This document shows, piece by piece, positions 63,487 to 64,000 of a stretch of DNA of 64,000 bases. The translations under genes and the position numbers were made by a program. The stretch comes from Candidatus Methanomethylicaceae archaeon GD_Cm_T35_P0_bin.15 (lineage in GTDB: Archaea; Thermoproteota; Methanomethylicia; Methanomethylicales; Methanomethylicaceae): the NCBI GenBank assembly GCA_038801785.1, contig JAULTD010000001.1:41069-105068 (forward strand), written 5' to 3'. The first letter of the stretch is position 1; each line of letters opens with the position of its first letter. A model generated the notes under the pieces. The model was not told the DNA's origin, searched no databases, and saw only the letters and a list, made by a program, of their open reading frames with translations.

Positions 63487-64000
63487 TCACAAGATGATAT
63501 TGATCTCCCTTCCGCAGAACGCGCACCGCCTGCCGTCCAGCCTCATGGGCCCGATGCTGTAGCCCAGCCGCTCTATCACGGCGTTCTTGCAGCTGGGGCA
63601 GTAGGTCGCTTCGTACTTGGGATCGGAGACGTTGCCGAGATAGACGTACTTCAGACCGGCCTCGCCCGCCATCCTGTAGAGCTCGACCAGGAGTCTCGAG
63701 GGCGTATGGCTCCTCTCCGTGTACCTGTAGGTCGGGAAGAACCTGAGGATGTGATAAGGCGTCTCGTCCCCCAGTTCGTCGATGATCCACCTGACGAGCT
63801 TCATGAAGGCCTCCCTGGAGTCGCCGCCATCGGGTACAATGAGGTTCGTAATCTCGATAAATATCTTCTTCCTCTTCATCTCCCTGAGGCTCTCGTAGAT
63901 GGGCTCCGGCCCCGGCACCCTGCAGAAGCTCTTCAGGAAGGCTGAATCGGCGCTTCCTTTGAAGTCTACCGTGGCGGCATCAAGGTACCCGCTTATCATG
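63487..64000 (-). CDS. AmmeMemoRadiSam-type / PflA-like radical SAM enzyme, C-terminal part (N-terminus beyond window end)
   Basis: C-terminal pattern LDAATVDFKG ... PYHILRFFPTYRY ... YVYLGN ... CPSC...CAFCG. The ORF is open at 64000. Confidence 0.65.
   Translation of the reverse strand, partial: MISGYLDAATVDFKGSADSAFLKSFCRVPGPEPIYESLREMKRKKIFIEITNLIVPDGGDSREAFMKLVRWIIDELGDETPYHILRFFPTYRYTERSHTPSRLLVELYRMAGEAGLKYVYLGNVSDPKYEATYCPSCKNAVIERLGYSIGPMRLDGRRCAFCGREINIIL

Noticed and set aside
1-64000. CRISPR arrays, rRNA genes, IS elements/transposases and integrases
   Set aside because: No regularly spaced direct repeats, no rRNA-like sequence, and no DDE-transposase or tyrosine/serine-recombinase-like ORF was recognised in any frame.

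Overview
G+C-rich archaeal chromosome segment, euryarchaeal and methanogen-like in gene content; I cannot assign the species from sequence alone. Evidence for Archaea: archaellum genes, class III signal peptides, deoxyhypusine synthase, an AEP/PriS-like primase, a GPN-loop GTPase and a KaiC-like ATPase. The window has three main blocks. (1) 7.9-27.8 kb is one large motility supercluster: a membrane-tethered wHTH regulator, cheB, arlB, an arlC/D/E-like gene, arlF-G-H-I-J, a Pro/Ala-rich membrane protein, cheW-Y-C-D-R, a soluble MCP and a CPBP protease. It faces a convergent operon (small coiled-coil protein, MinD/ParA-like ATPase, cheA) and a divergent Roadblock-like gene. (2) 30.4-33.2 kb is a visibly lower-G+C 2.7-kb island. 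It is bracketed by an exact 57-bp direct repeat that duplicates the 3' half of a tRNA-Pro(GGG) gene, and no integrase is present. (3) 36.5-42.7 kb is a second type-IV-pilus-like locus with a platform protein, a secretion ATPase and four prepilin-like genes. The remainder is mostly housekeeping or transport. It includes a tungstate module (ModE-HTH::PBP-like regulator, tupABC, aldehyde:ferredoxin oxidoreductase), two cis-prenyltransferase paralogs, a KaiC-like ATPase, an OB-fold protein plus an HExxH peptidase, and radical SAM enzymes. The points most worth a second look are: cheW and cheY lie in one frame separated by a single TAA, and cheY has no start codon that would cover strand beta1; a che-operon-encoded MinD/ParA module; the integrase-less tRNA island with a thrice-repeated 11-mer; a 1-nt frameshift at the 5' end of a prepilin gene; and a radical SAM gene interrupted by an in-frame TGA. 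No CRISPR array, rRNA gene or transposase was seen. All calls rest on reading the supplied translations and the DNA by eye; no searches were run.
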